A stretch of DNA of 64,000 nt from an uncultured Bacteroidaceae bacterium (GTDB lineage: Bacteria > Bacteroidota > Bacteroidia > Bacteroidales > Bacteroidaceae). The notes under the pieces are model-generated. The model was not told the origin of the DNA. It worked only from the letters and a program-made list of their open reading frames with translations, and made no database searches. The stretch is taken from assembly GCA_905234605.1 (NCBI GenBank), contig CAJOIE010000011.1, forward strand, positions 3,256 to 67,255. Reading direction: 5' to 3'. The position numbers and the translations under genes were made by a program. Positions 15,332 to 23,175 of this stretch are shown piece after piece (positions within the stretch are counted from its first letter, which is position 1; every line of letters starts with the position of its first letter).

Positions 15332-17713
15332 ATGCAACAGACAACCAACAACACCATACGCCGCACTCAGCAGCAAGGCACGGAGGACATGATATCCATT
15401 AGGGACATCGTGGATCTGGTGCTCTACAACTGGAAATGGTTCCTGCTCTCTGTCATCGTATGTATGGCACTCGGCTACGTATATCTCTCATCACGCCCAC
15501 GCATCTACAAGCGCAACGCTGTGGTGCTCGTCAAGGAGGAGACGGCACGCTCGCGTATCACTACCGATGCGCTCATGCAGCTCAACGGTGTCATGAGCGG
15601 AGTCAACGTGAAAAACGAGGTATATATCCTGCAGAGCCATCAGATACTCGTGGAGGTGGTGCGAAAGCTCGACCTCGATGTCTTCTACACCTACCGCCAG
15701 CACCTGCGCCCCTATTCGCTTTATGAAGAGCGCCCCTTCACCGCCGTATTCGACAGCGTCGAGACCCTTCAGCGCTACTCCTTCCGTGTAAAGCTCGACG
15801 GGAATACCGCACGCATCACACACATGAGGAGCCAGTTGGAGAAATACGACACCACGATAGTGGCACAGCTCGGCACACCCTTCGACAGCCCCATCGGCCG
15901 CATCACACTGGTGCCTGTGCCCGAAAACCTCGAGGCCTTCAATGGCAAGGAAATCACCGTGGCACATGTGCCAGTCGATTATGCAGCCAACGTCTACGGC
16001 AAGCACGTCACCACAAGCGAGGTCACGCAGGAAAGCAGCCTCGTCAACATAGCCTGCACCGACCAGAACCGCAAACGCCTCACAGACATCCTCAACAGCA
16101 TAATAGCAGCATATAAGAGCAGCATCATCGAGGATAAGAACCGCGTGGCAGAAAGCACGGCAGCATTCCTCGAGGACCGTGTGCGCCTCATCAGCGGTGA
16201 GCTTGAGGATGTCGAGGGCAATCTGGCGCGCTTCAAACAGAACAACCGCATTCTCAACCCCGAGCAGAATGCATCCAGCATCATACAGCAGAGCAATCAG
16301 GCACACCAACGCAGCGTGCAGCTCGAGTCGCAGCTCAGTGCCGTGGACTTCCTGCTCGGTGAGCTCCGCAACAATGCCAGCGGCAGCGAGATAATACCAT
16401 CACTCTCAGGACTCGGCGATGCCAGCATACAGTCGCAGATCAACAGCTACAACGAGCTGATGCTCTCACGCAACCGCCTCATCGCAAACTCCAGTGCCGA
16501 GAGCCCACGCATCGTTGAGATGGAGAACAACCTCAAGCAGCTGCGACGCAACATCATAGCATCCACCGAGTCGTTCCGTGGTCAGCTCAACACGCAGCTC
16601 CAGCGGGCCCGTCAGGAAGAGAGAAGCTTCGAAACGTCCATCAGCTCCACGCCAGGCAAGGAGCAGCAGATGATAGACATCACGCGCCAGAGAGCCATCA
16701 AGGAAACACTCTACACCTACCTCCTCAACAAACGCGAGGAGACAGCCCTGCAGCTGGCTGTGCAGGAAGCTAACATCCGCGTGGTGGAAGAGCCCTTCGG
16801 CCCAGAGAAACCCATCTCACCCCGCGGCCGCATCATTATATTGGCAGCCCTGATGTTCGGATTTGTCATACCCTTTGTATTCTTCTATGGGCGCAATATG
16901 CTCAACACGAGCATACGTTCCCGCAAGGATATTGAGGACAACTGCACCATACCTATTATAGGAGAGATACCGCATCGCAAGGAGGCCATTGCCGACAACG
17001 AGATACTGGTGGGCGAGCAGAAGACAGATGCTATCAACGAGGCTTTCCGCATGTTGCGCTACAGCCTGAACTTCGTTGACAAGGAGGCACGTGTCATCAT
17101 GTTCACATCCACTATACCGGGCGAGGGCAAGACGTTCATCTCACGCAACTTCGCTGTCACCCTTGCCATGACGGGAAAGAAAGTGATACTCGTTGACACC
17201 GACATACGCAAGCGCACCCAGAGCAAGCTCTTCGGCCGCCTACACAAGGAAGGACTCACATCATACCTCAGTGGTGCCACTGACGACCTCGATGAGCTCA
17301 TCATCAACGAGACGAGTGTGCACTTGCTCCCTGCCGGTTTCACGCCTCCTAACCCCTCCGAGCTGCTTATGAGCGAGCGTCTGGACCAACTCATAACCGA
17401 ACTGAAGAAGCGTTACGATTACGTCGTCATCGACAATGTGCCTGCACAGGTGGTGGCAGATGCCGGCATCGTGAACCGCGTGGCCGACGTGACCCTCTAC
17501 ATCATACGTGAGGGCAAGATAGACCGTCGTTACCTGCCTGAGCTGGAGCGGCTCTATCAGGAGAAAAAGTTCAACCACCTCTGCATCATACTCAATGATG
17601 CACACTCGGAGCAGAAACGTTACGGCTATGGCTATGGTTACGGCTACGGCTACGGTTATGGCATAGAGAAGAAGCGTAAGAAGCGCCGGTTCAACATGGG
17701 ACGTTCCAAGTGA
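15332..17713 (+). CDS. wzc: Polysaccharide co-polymerase / tyrosine autokinase (Wzc/PCP-2a-like) with a (YG)7 tail
   Basis: 793 aa. It has an N-terminal Wzz-type region with a TM helix, a second TM helix (...IIILAALMFGFVIPFVFFY), a Walker A in FTSTIPGEGKTFISRNFA, a ...VVIDNVP... Walker B-like motif, and the C-terminal tyrosine cluster RYGYGYGYGYGYGYG. Confidence 0.85.
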   Translation: MQQTTNNTIRRTQQQGTEDMISIRDIVDLVLYNWKWFLLSVIVCMALGYVYLSSRPRIYKRNAVVLVKEETARSRITTDALMQLNGVMSGVNVKNEVYILQSHQILVEVVRKLDLDVFYTYRQHLRPYSLYEERPFTAVFDSVETLQRYSFRVKLDGNTARITHMRSQLEKYDTTIVAQLGTPFDSPIGRITLVPVPENLEAFNGKEITVAHVPVDYAANVYGKHVTTSEVTQESSLVNIACTDQNRKRLTDILNSIIAAYKSSIIEDKNRVAESTAAFLEDRVRLISGELEDVEGNLARFKQNNRILNPEQNASSIIQQSNQAHQRSVQLESQLSAVDFLLGELRNNASGSEIIPSLSGLGDASIQSQINSYNELMLSRNRLIANSSAESPRIVEMENNLKQLRRNIIASTESFRGQLNTQLQRARQEERSFETSISSTPGKEQQMIDITRQRAIKETLYTYLLNKREETALQLAVQEANIRVVEEPFGPEKPISPRGRIIILAALMFGFVIPFVFFYGRNMLNTSIRSRKDIEDNCTIPIIGEIPHRKEAIADNEILVGEQKTDAINEAFRMLRYSLNFVDKEARVIMFTSTIPGEGKTFISRNFAVTLAMTGKKVILVDTDIRKRTQSKLFGRLHKEGLTSYLSGATDDLDELIINETSVHLLPAGFTPPNPSELLMSERLDQLITELKKRYDYVVIDNVPAQVVADAGIVNRVADVTLYIIREGKIDRRYLPELERLYQEKKFNHLCIILNDAHSEQKRYGYGYGYGYGYGYGIEKKRKKRRFNMGRSK
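17621..17662 (+). repeat. 42-nt (TAY GGY)7 hexanucleotide repeat encoding the (YG)7 tail of Wzc
   Basis: tac ggc tat ggc tat ggt tac ggc tac ggc tac ggt tat ggc. Confidence 0.9.
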
Positions 17714-17778
17714 CTCCTGGCTGCGGCTGGCAGCAGTCGCTGTAGGGCATACATTTAGTCATACATAATGCTAATCCA

Positions 17779-17828
17779 CGCAGAGGTGGCGCAGACGCAG
17801 TCTTACGACTGCTTGCGACACCTCTGCG
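17779..17828 (+). terminator. Imperfect long hairpin downstream of wzc
   Basis: CGCAGAGGTG (17779-17788) pairs with CACCTCTGCG (17819-17828), and an inner GCAGTC-ttac-GACTGC stem is present. It lies 66 nt after the wzc stop. Confidence 0.5.
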
Positions 17829-17880
17829 CTGTTGTTCCGACACGTATCCCGATGTCTCTTATTATCTTAGTCTGATTATC

Positions 17881-20274
17881 ATGCATCATACCCTCATCGC
17901 AATCCTCTCGGCAGCATGTCTGCTCATGGTGCCAGTGGCCAGGGCCGGGGCACAGCAATCCGGCCGTATTGCACAGCCATACACTATGGCCGGTCCTTAC
18001 GAGGTGGTGGCGCGCGACGGTGCCTTCCGTTCCACCAAGGGCGGCAGCGAGCGCGACATGCGGGCTGCTTGGCAACTGGCCATGGACGGCCGCCACGCCG
18101 AGGCCCTTGCCATAATCAACGCCTATGCCGCCACGCTCCAGCGTCTTGACGGGCACGATGCCCCGCTGTGCCTCATTCAATGCTACTGGCTGTGCCGCGC
18201 CATGTTTATCGAGAAAGCCCACCGCACACAGGCCTGGCACGATATGGTGCAGCGTGCCATGGTGCCCACCATGCGTCAGTTTGAGAGCGACAGTCCCTAT
18301 GCCAACGGCAACTGGGGTGCCATCGTCAACCGCTGCCGTATGGCTGCCGCGCTTGCCATGGGCGACACGGCTATGTACCACGAGGCTGTCGGCTACTACC
18401 TTCATGCTTACGACAACGGTGCACTGCCCAACTACGTTGTCAGCACCACGGGGCAGTGCCAGGAGACGGGGCGCGACCAGAACCATGTGCAGCTGGGTCT
18501 TCAGGCGTTGGCCGAGACGTGCGAGATGGCCTGGGAGCAGGGCGACGACCTTTGGGGTGCTCTCGACAACCGATTGCTGCATGGTTTTGAGTACACTGCA
18601 CGCTACAATCTGGGCTACGACGTGCCCTACACGCAGTGGCACGACCTCACCGGCCTCTACTGCGACTGGGAGCGGCCCGGAGCCATGGGGCGCGGCCGTC
18701 TGTGGGACATATATGAGCTGCCATATCAGCACTATGTAGGCCGTCGTGGCCTGCAGATGCCCTATACGGAGCGTGCGCTAAGGCTGTTCCCTGCCGACAG
18801 GGAGCGCACCATAGGCCGTGAGGCTGTGGTGCAGGCCCCTGGCGTGAAGGAGGGTGCGAAGCTGCACGAGGTGTTCGCATACGCTGCACCCGATGGCACT
18901 CCGCTGCGCCACGACTACGACGTCTACGTCCAGCCCCGCGGCCAGCAGCATTGGACCCGCATTGACACCTATGCCGCCAGGGTGAACAGCCCCGTGCTTG
19001 ACGGCGGCCCTGGCTCGGGAGCCCGCAAGCACCGCATCAGCGACATCAGCTACGCCTTCTTCGACTTCACGGGCGATGTCTTTGTGCGTGTCGTGCTTCG
19101 AGGCGACACCATCCGCTCGGCGCGCATACGGCCCGACTACCGTGGCACCATTGCCAACATCGTCAACGACTCCACGGTGCAGTTCCTGCTCTTCCAGCCT
19201 GAGAATGTGAGCGTCGAGGTCAACGGCCGCACCGACATGCTTCTGTTCACGTCCAAGCCTCCACAGAACCTCGATGATGCCCGCCGGCAGGCTCGCCGCG
19301 AGAAGCGTCGGTTTGCTTATTATGCACCAGGCTTCTACGATGCCGACACCATCCGTCTTGCCTCCAACACTACTGTCTATCTGGCCGGCGGCAGCTACTT
19401 CACCGGCACCTTCGCCATAGACGATGCCGAGAATGTCAGCATCGTGGGGCGTGGTGTGGCGCGCCCGCTGCGCGGCTACGAGGGTTGCCATGTGTACCGC
19501 TCGCGCAACGTGCTTGTGGACGGCCTCATCGTCAACACCTGCCCTGTGGGCGGCAGCGACGGTGTCACCATCCGCGATGTGCGCAGCATCTCGCATCCCA
19601 GTTGGGGCGACGGCCTCAACGTGTTTGCCTCGCAGAATGTGTTCTACGACCGTGTGTTCTGCCGCAACAGCGACGACTGCACCACGGCCTATGCCACGCG
19701 CAAGGGCTTCTCGGGCAACACGCGCAACATCCGCATGCGCAACTCCACGCTGTGGGCCGACGTGGCACATCCCATCTTCATCGGCTTGCATGGCAACCCT
19801 GCCGTGCGCGACACCATAGAGCATCTCGTGTATGAGAACATCGACATACTCGGGCAGGCGGAGCCGCAGGTGGACTACCAGGGATGCCTCGCCATCAACT
19901 GCGGCGACGACAACCTCGTGCGCGACGTGCTCTTCGACAACATACGCATCGAGCAGATTGCCGACGGGTGCCTGCTGCAGGTCAAGGTGGCCCACAACCA
20001 GAAGTACTGCACTGCACCAGGCCGCGGCGTGGAGGGTGTCACCTTCCGCAACGTGCGCTACACGGGCACCCTGCCCAACCTGTCGGTCATCAACGGCTAC
20101 GATGCCACCCGCACTGTCAGCGGCATCACCTTCGAGGGGCTCAAGGTCAATGGCCAGCCCGTCTACGATGCCATGCCCGGCAAGCTTCGCTGGTATGCCA
20201 CGTCCGACTACGTGCCCCTCTTCGTGGGCAACCATGTCAGCGGGTTGCAATTCAAGGTGTCACCTCACGATTGA
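17881..20274 (+). CDS. Secreted two-domain enzyme: N-terminal alginate-lyase-like alpha/alpha toroid plus C-terminal right-handed beta-helix glycoside-hydrolase-like (GH28/GH49-type) domain
   Basis: 797 aa with signal peptide MHHTLIAILSAACLLMVPVARAGAQ. The N-terminal half (...AAWQLAMDGRHAEALAIINAYAATL...YANGNWGAIVNRCRMAAALAMGD...QCQETGRDQNHVQLGL...) resembles the Alginate_lyase (PF05426-type) family. The C-terminal half (...VTIRDVRSISHPSWGDGLNVFASQNVFYDRVFCRNSDDCTTAY...IRMRNSTLWADVAHPIFIG...) shows beta-helix repeat periodicity with acidic catalytic-type motifs. Confidence 0.65.
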   Translation: MHHTLIAILSAACLLMVPVARAGAQQSGRIAQPYTMAGPYEVVARDGAFRSTKGGSERDMRAAWQLAMDGRHAEALAIINAYAATLQRLDGHDAPLCLIQCYWLCRAMFIEKAHRTQAWHDMVQRAMVPTMRQFESDSPYANGNWGAIVNRCRMAAALAMGDTAMYHEAVGYYLHAYDNGALPNYVVSTTGQCQETGRDQNHVQLGLQALAETCEMAWEQGDDLWGALDNRLLHGFEYTARYNLGYDVPYTQWHDLTGLYCDWERPGAMGRGRLWDIYELPYQHYVGRRGLQMPYTERALRLFPADRERTIGREAVVQAPGVKEGAKLHEVFAYAAPDGTPLRHDYDVYVQPRGQQHWTRIDTYAARVNSPVLDGGPGSGARKHRISDISYAFFDFTGDVFVRVVLRGDTIRSARIRPDYRGTIANIVNDSTVQFLLFQPENVSVEVNGRTDMLLFTSKPPQNLDDARRQARREKRRFAYYAPGFYDADTIRLASNTTVYLAGGSYFTGTFAIDDAENVSIVGRGVARPLRGYEGCHVYRSRNVLVDGLIVNTCPVGGSDGVTIRDVRSISHPSWGDGLNVFASQNVFYDRVFCRNSDDCTTAYATRKGFSGNTRNIRMRNSTLWADVAHPIFIGLHGNPAVRDTIEHLVYENIDILGQAEPQVDYQGCLAINCGDDNLVRDVLFDNIRIEQIADGCLLQVKVAHNQKYCTAPGRGVEGVTFRNVRYTGTLPNLSVINGYDATRTVSGITFEGLKVNGQPVYDAMPGKLRWYATSDYVPLFVGNHVSGLQFKVSPHD

Positions 20275-21096
20275 TGTCTGCGCGTTGCGCAGGCCGGTGG
20301 CGCGCGAGAGGTAGGCCTTGGCCGTGCCGAACTTGAGGTATAGGTCAAGGCGCACAGGCATGTGGTTGGCGTCGTCGGTGACGTAGAAGGTCACTATATC
20401 CTTCTCTTTCTTGCCCTCATACTCCACGAAGGAGAACACGAGGCAGCGGTATGTCACGTTGCTGTCCTCCATCTTGAAGCGTTTGCGTCCGCGGTAGATG
20501 AGTGTCTCGCGTGCCACGTCGTCGCCGTCGGCCATCAGGAACTCTATGTGCTGCCCCTCGCTGAAGGCCGTGGGGTCGAAGGAGCGTGCACGCATGAGCA
20601 TGCTCACCATGTCGAACACACACTCGGCACTGTCGTGGCGGCGTGTGCGCACCTCGCCCTTGGGGTTTATGTATCGCTGGTCGAGGTGTGTCTGTCCGTC
20701 GGCATAGGAGTAGTGCACCTCGTCGACGTTGTAGCGTTTACCTTCGAAGGCACCCTTGCGGTAGTAGAGGGGCACGAGGTCGGGCGTGAGGTAGGAGAGC
20801 AGCGTGTCGCGCAACATGAAGTACTTGTCGGTGCGGTCGCTGCCCCGCGTGATGAGGTGGCAACGGTAGGCCTGCTGCCCTTTATAGTTGGTGCGGCTGA
20901 TGTTGAGGTTGGCCGTGCCGGCTTTCAGCCAGATGAATTTCCAGTTAAAGTAGAGCTGGTATTGCAGGTCCTCGCCTGCCGAGAAGGCTGTGTTCTGGAT
21001 GGGGCACTGCGCGGTGGCGGTGACTGCGGCGAGGGTGTGCAGTGCTATGGCGACGACTGTGCGGAGGGTGTGGCGGCGGAGTGCTGTGTGTGTCAT
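20260..21096 (-). CDS. DUF3108 domain-containing protein
   Basis: 278 aa, signal-like N-terminus. ...GEDLQYQLYFNWKFIWLKAGTANLNISRTNYKGQQAYRCHLITRG...YFMLRDTLLSY... fits the DUF3108 family as I remember it from Bacteroides. Confidence 0.65.
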   Translation of the reverse strand: MTHTALRRHTLRTVVAIALHTLAAVTATAQCPIQNTAFSAGEDLQYQLYFNWKFIWLKAGTANLNISRTNYKGQQAYRCHLITRGSDRTDKYFMLRDTLLSYLTPDLVPLYYRKGAFEGKRYNVDEVHYSYADGQTHLDQRYINPKGEVRTRRHDSAECVFDMVSMLMRARSFDPTAFSEGQHIEFLMADGDDVARETLIYRGRKRFKMEDSNVTYRCLVFSFVEYEGKKEKDIVTFYVTDDANHMPVRLDLYLKFGTAKAYLSRATGLRNAQTSIVR

Positions 21097-21102
21097 TTCG
21101 GA

Positions 21103-21224
21103 GTGCAGTATGTTGTGAGAGACCGTGCAGGGTGTCGGCGACAGACCGTGCAGGGTGTTGCAGATGTGGGTGCAGGGTGTCGGCGTTCACCGTGCAGGGT
21201 GCTGACGGCCCGCGGTGCAGGGTG
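21103..21224. repeat. Locus B of the repeat family: six direct copies of GTGCAGGGTG (first copy degenerate) phased 22-23 bp
   Basis: Core starts are 21103 (GTGCAGTATG), 21125, 21148, 21170, 21192 and 21215, so spacings are 22, 23, 22, 22 and 23. The array fills the gap between the Ig-like lipoprotein stop (21229) and the DUF3108 start (21096). Confidence 0.85.
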
Positions 21225-21228
21225 CCGG

Positions 21229-23175
21229 TCAGCGGCTCCGGCGCCGCTGTTGTTCACGCTCCGCGTTGCGGTTGCGCTTCTTGCGGGCCTTGTCGGGTTT
21301 CTGTTTGGTGATTTTCTCGGGCTTCTGCCGGTGGGTGGCAATAGTGCGCGGTGCCCACTGCTGCTCCACCTCCCAGTTGGCTTTCACGGTGATGGCTTTG
21401 GGGAAGTAGAACACCTGCTCGGGCTGGAGCTGCCGGTCGTAGTCGCCGGTTGTCCAGACGCCGTCGCCGTTGGCGTCAATGTAGAGCCGCAGGTAGTAGT
21501 CGCCGGGCTTGAGGTAGAAGAAGTCTGCACGCCCGTCGGCATCGGCGCGCTCGGAGCGCACGGGCTTGTCGGAGGCGTTGAGCAGTTCGACCACTATGGC
21601 CGTGTCCGCCGTCTGCACCTGCACGAAGAGCGCACCGTACTCCTCCTCGCGCCGCACCTTATACTCTTGGCGGAAGGCCTTGTTGTGGTGGCCCATGACG
21701 CTGGTCATGGCTGCGCTGTCGATGGTGAGCTGGTAGGTGTGGCCCAGCTGCCAGTCGGCGTAGAGCGTGGCTTGCAGCGGGTTGCCCTCTGTGGGCACGA
21801 GGGCGAACACGGTGTCCACCCACAGCGTGTCGCGCTTCACGGCGAAGTGGATGGCACTGCTGTCGGGCAGGGCCGTGGGCTCGGAGAATGTCAGCAGCGG
21901 CCACTGGTTGGGGTCGATGCTGCCGGCAGGCTTGCTGCTGATGGTGAGGTAGGTGCTGAGGTAGGGGTTCTCCTCGGTGAGCATGGTGCCTTCGCGCTTC
22001 TGCTTGCGACGCTGCTCCTTCTCCCACTGCTCGGTCTGCTCGGCCAGCTCGCGGAGTATGCGGGCACGTGTCTTGCGCGGCACGAGGTGGAAGGTGTCGG
22101 TGCTCCACGTGAGCTGCTGTGTGGAGTCGGTCTCAAGGAAGTGGTACACCATTGAGAGCGTGTCGGCGTAGGCCAGCGTGGTGTCGGTTATCCAGTAGGT
22201 GATGGTGTCCATGCCGGCCGATGCCACGGTGGTGAAGCCCCCGTCGCCCTCGAATGACAGACCCTCGATGCGCGGCATGCTGTCGGCAGGCGCGGTGAAG
22301 TAGACGGTGAACGTCTCGGGCACGTCGCGCTGCTGCTTGAGCAGATGCCGCTCCGCGCCGCCGGCCTTGAAGGCACGCAGCACGATGTCGTCAGGCCGGA
22401 AGTGAGTGTAGCCCACGGGCACGATGCTGTCGTAGTGGGTACTGTCGCGCCAGACAGTGTCTAAGCGTATGTCGGGCTTGGCCGTCGAGGCAAAGGTCGT
22501 GGTGTCCCACGCCATCATCTCTGAGGGCTGCGAGTAGACCTGGTCGCCGTCGGCATCCAGCAGGGCGTAGGCCGCGTAGCGTGTCCCGCGCGCCACGCCC
22601 TTGATGACGAAGCGTCCGCTGCCGTTGGTGCGGCTGACACGGTCGAAGGGACGCTGCCGCAGCACGCTGTCGGAGAGCACGCTGTCCGGCTCCACGGCAT
22701 ACAGACCCACGAGGATGCCCTTCACGGGCTCCAGGTTGGAGGCATCAAGCACATAGCCCGACACCTCCATCGTGTCGATGCTCTCGCCGGTGGAGAACGC
22801 GTAGGTGAAGTTGCCCATCGGGTTGCCCTCGTTGTTGTCCACGATGGCGTCGGCAAAGTCCACCGTGTAAGTGGTGTTAGGGCGCAGGGTGTCGTAGAGC
22901 GTGATGTGCACATGCTTGCCGCTGGCCCTCACGCTGGGCATCTCACGCTGCTGCGGCGACACCACCACCTTCTCGCTCGCATTCTCTATCTTGATATACT
23001 CGTCGAAGCTGATGGTGATGCGCTTAGAGCGGGCACCCGTGGCCATGTTGGCCGGCGAGGCCGACACCACACGGGGCGGTGTCTCGTCGTAGGCACCTCC
23101 GTCGGGGCTGCCAATGCTGGCGCAGGCTGCGGCCAGCACGGTAGCAAGCACTATGGGCAGCAGCTTGCGCATCAC
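21229..23175 (-). CDS. Ig-like (SbsA/Big_5-type) domain lipoprotein with a strongly basic C-terminal tail
   Basis: MMRKLLPIVLATVLAAAC is a lipobox. ...ETPPRVVSASPANMATGARSKRITISFDEYIKIENASEKVVVSP... resembles the Big_5 N-terminal domain. The C-terminus is KPEKITKQKPDKARKKRNRNAEREQQRRRSR. The start is GTG 23175 or ATG 23172. Confidence 0.7.
   Translation of the reverse strand: MMRKLLPIVLATVLAAACASIGSPDGGAYDETPPRVVSASPANMATGARSKRITISFDEYIKIENASEKVVVSPQQREMPSVRASGKHVHITLYDTLRPNTTYTVDFADAIVDNNEGNPMGNFTYAFSTGESIDTMEVSGYVLDASNLEPVKGILVGLYAVEPDSVLSDSVLRQRPFDRVSRTNGSGRFVIKGVARGTRYAAYALLDADGDQVYSQPSEMMAWDTTTFASTAKPDIRLDTVWRDSTHYDSIVPVGYTHFRPDDIVLRAFKAGGAERHLLKQQRDVPETFTVYFTAPADSMPRIEGLSFEGDGGFTTVASAGMDTITYWITDTTLAYADTLSMVYHFLETDSTQQLTWSTDTFHLVPRKTRARILRELAEQTEQWEKEQRRKQKREGTMLTEENPYLSTYLTISSKPAGSIDPNQWPLLTFSEPTALPDSSAIHFAVKRDTLWVDTVFALVPTEGNPLQATLYADWQLGHTYQLTIDSAAMTSVMGHHNKAFRQEYKVRREEEYGALFVQVQTADTAIVVELLNASDKPVRSERADADGRADFFYLKPGDYYLRLYIDANGDGVWTTGDYDRQLQPEQVFYFPKAITVKANWEVEQQWAPRTIATHRQKPEKITKQKPDKARKKRNRNAEREQQRRRSR

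Noticed and set aside
18778-20250. A 490-aa minus-strand ORF. Similar long antisense ORFs occur at 8489..9517, 11594..12556, 15491..16309, 28241..29278, 29795..30796, 51398..52465, 53194..54411 and 53985..55169.
   Set aside because: All are antisense to, or frame-shifted overlaps of, genes with strong homology signatures. None has a recognisable motif. They are a typical artefact of a genome with GC above 60%.
21103-21224. The possibility that the 22-bp phased repeat arrays are CRISPR arrays
   Set aside because: The repeat core is only about 10 nt, the 'spacers' are about 12 nt and partly conserved, orientation flips within arrays, there are at most 6 units, and no cas genes lie in the window.
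20362-22155. A 597-aa plus-strand ORF, one of the longest in the track
   Set aside because: It lies entirely antisense to the well-supported DUF3108 and Ig-like lipoprotein genes. Its translation is low-complexity (V/G/A/H/E-rich) with no recognisable domain. High GC content generates long stop-free antisense frames.
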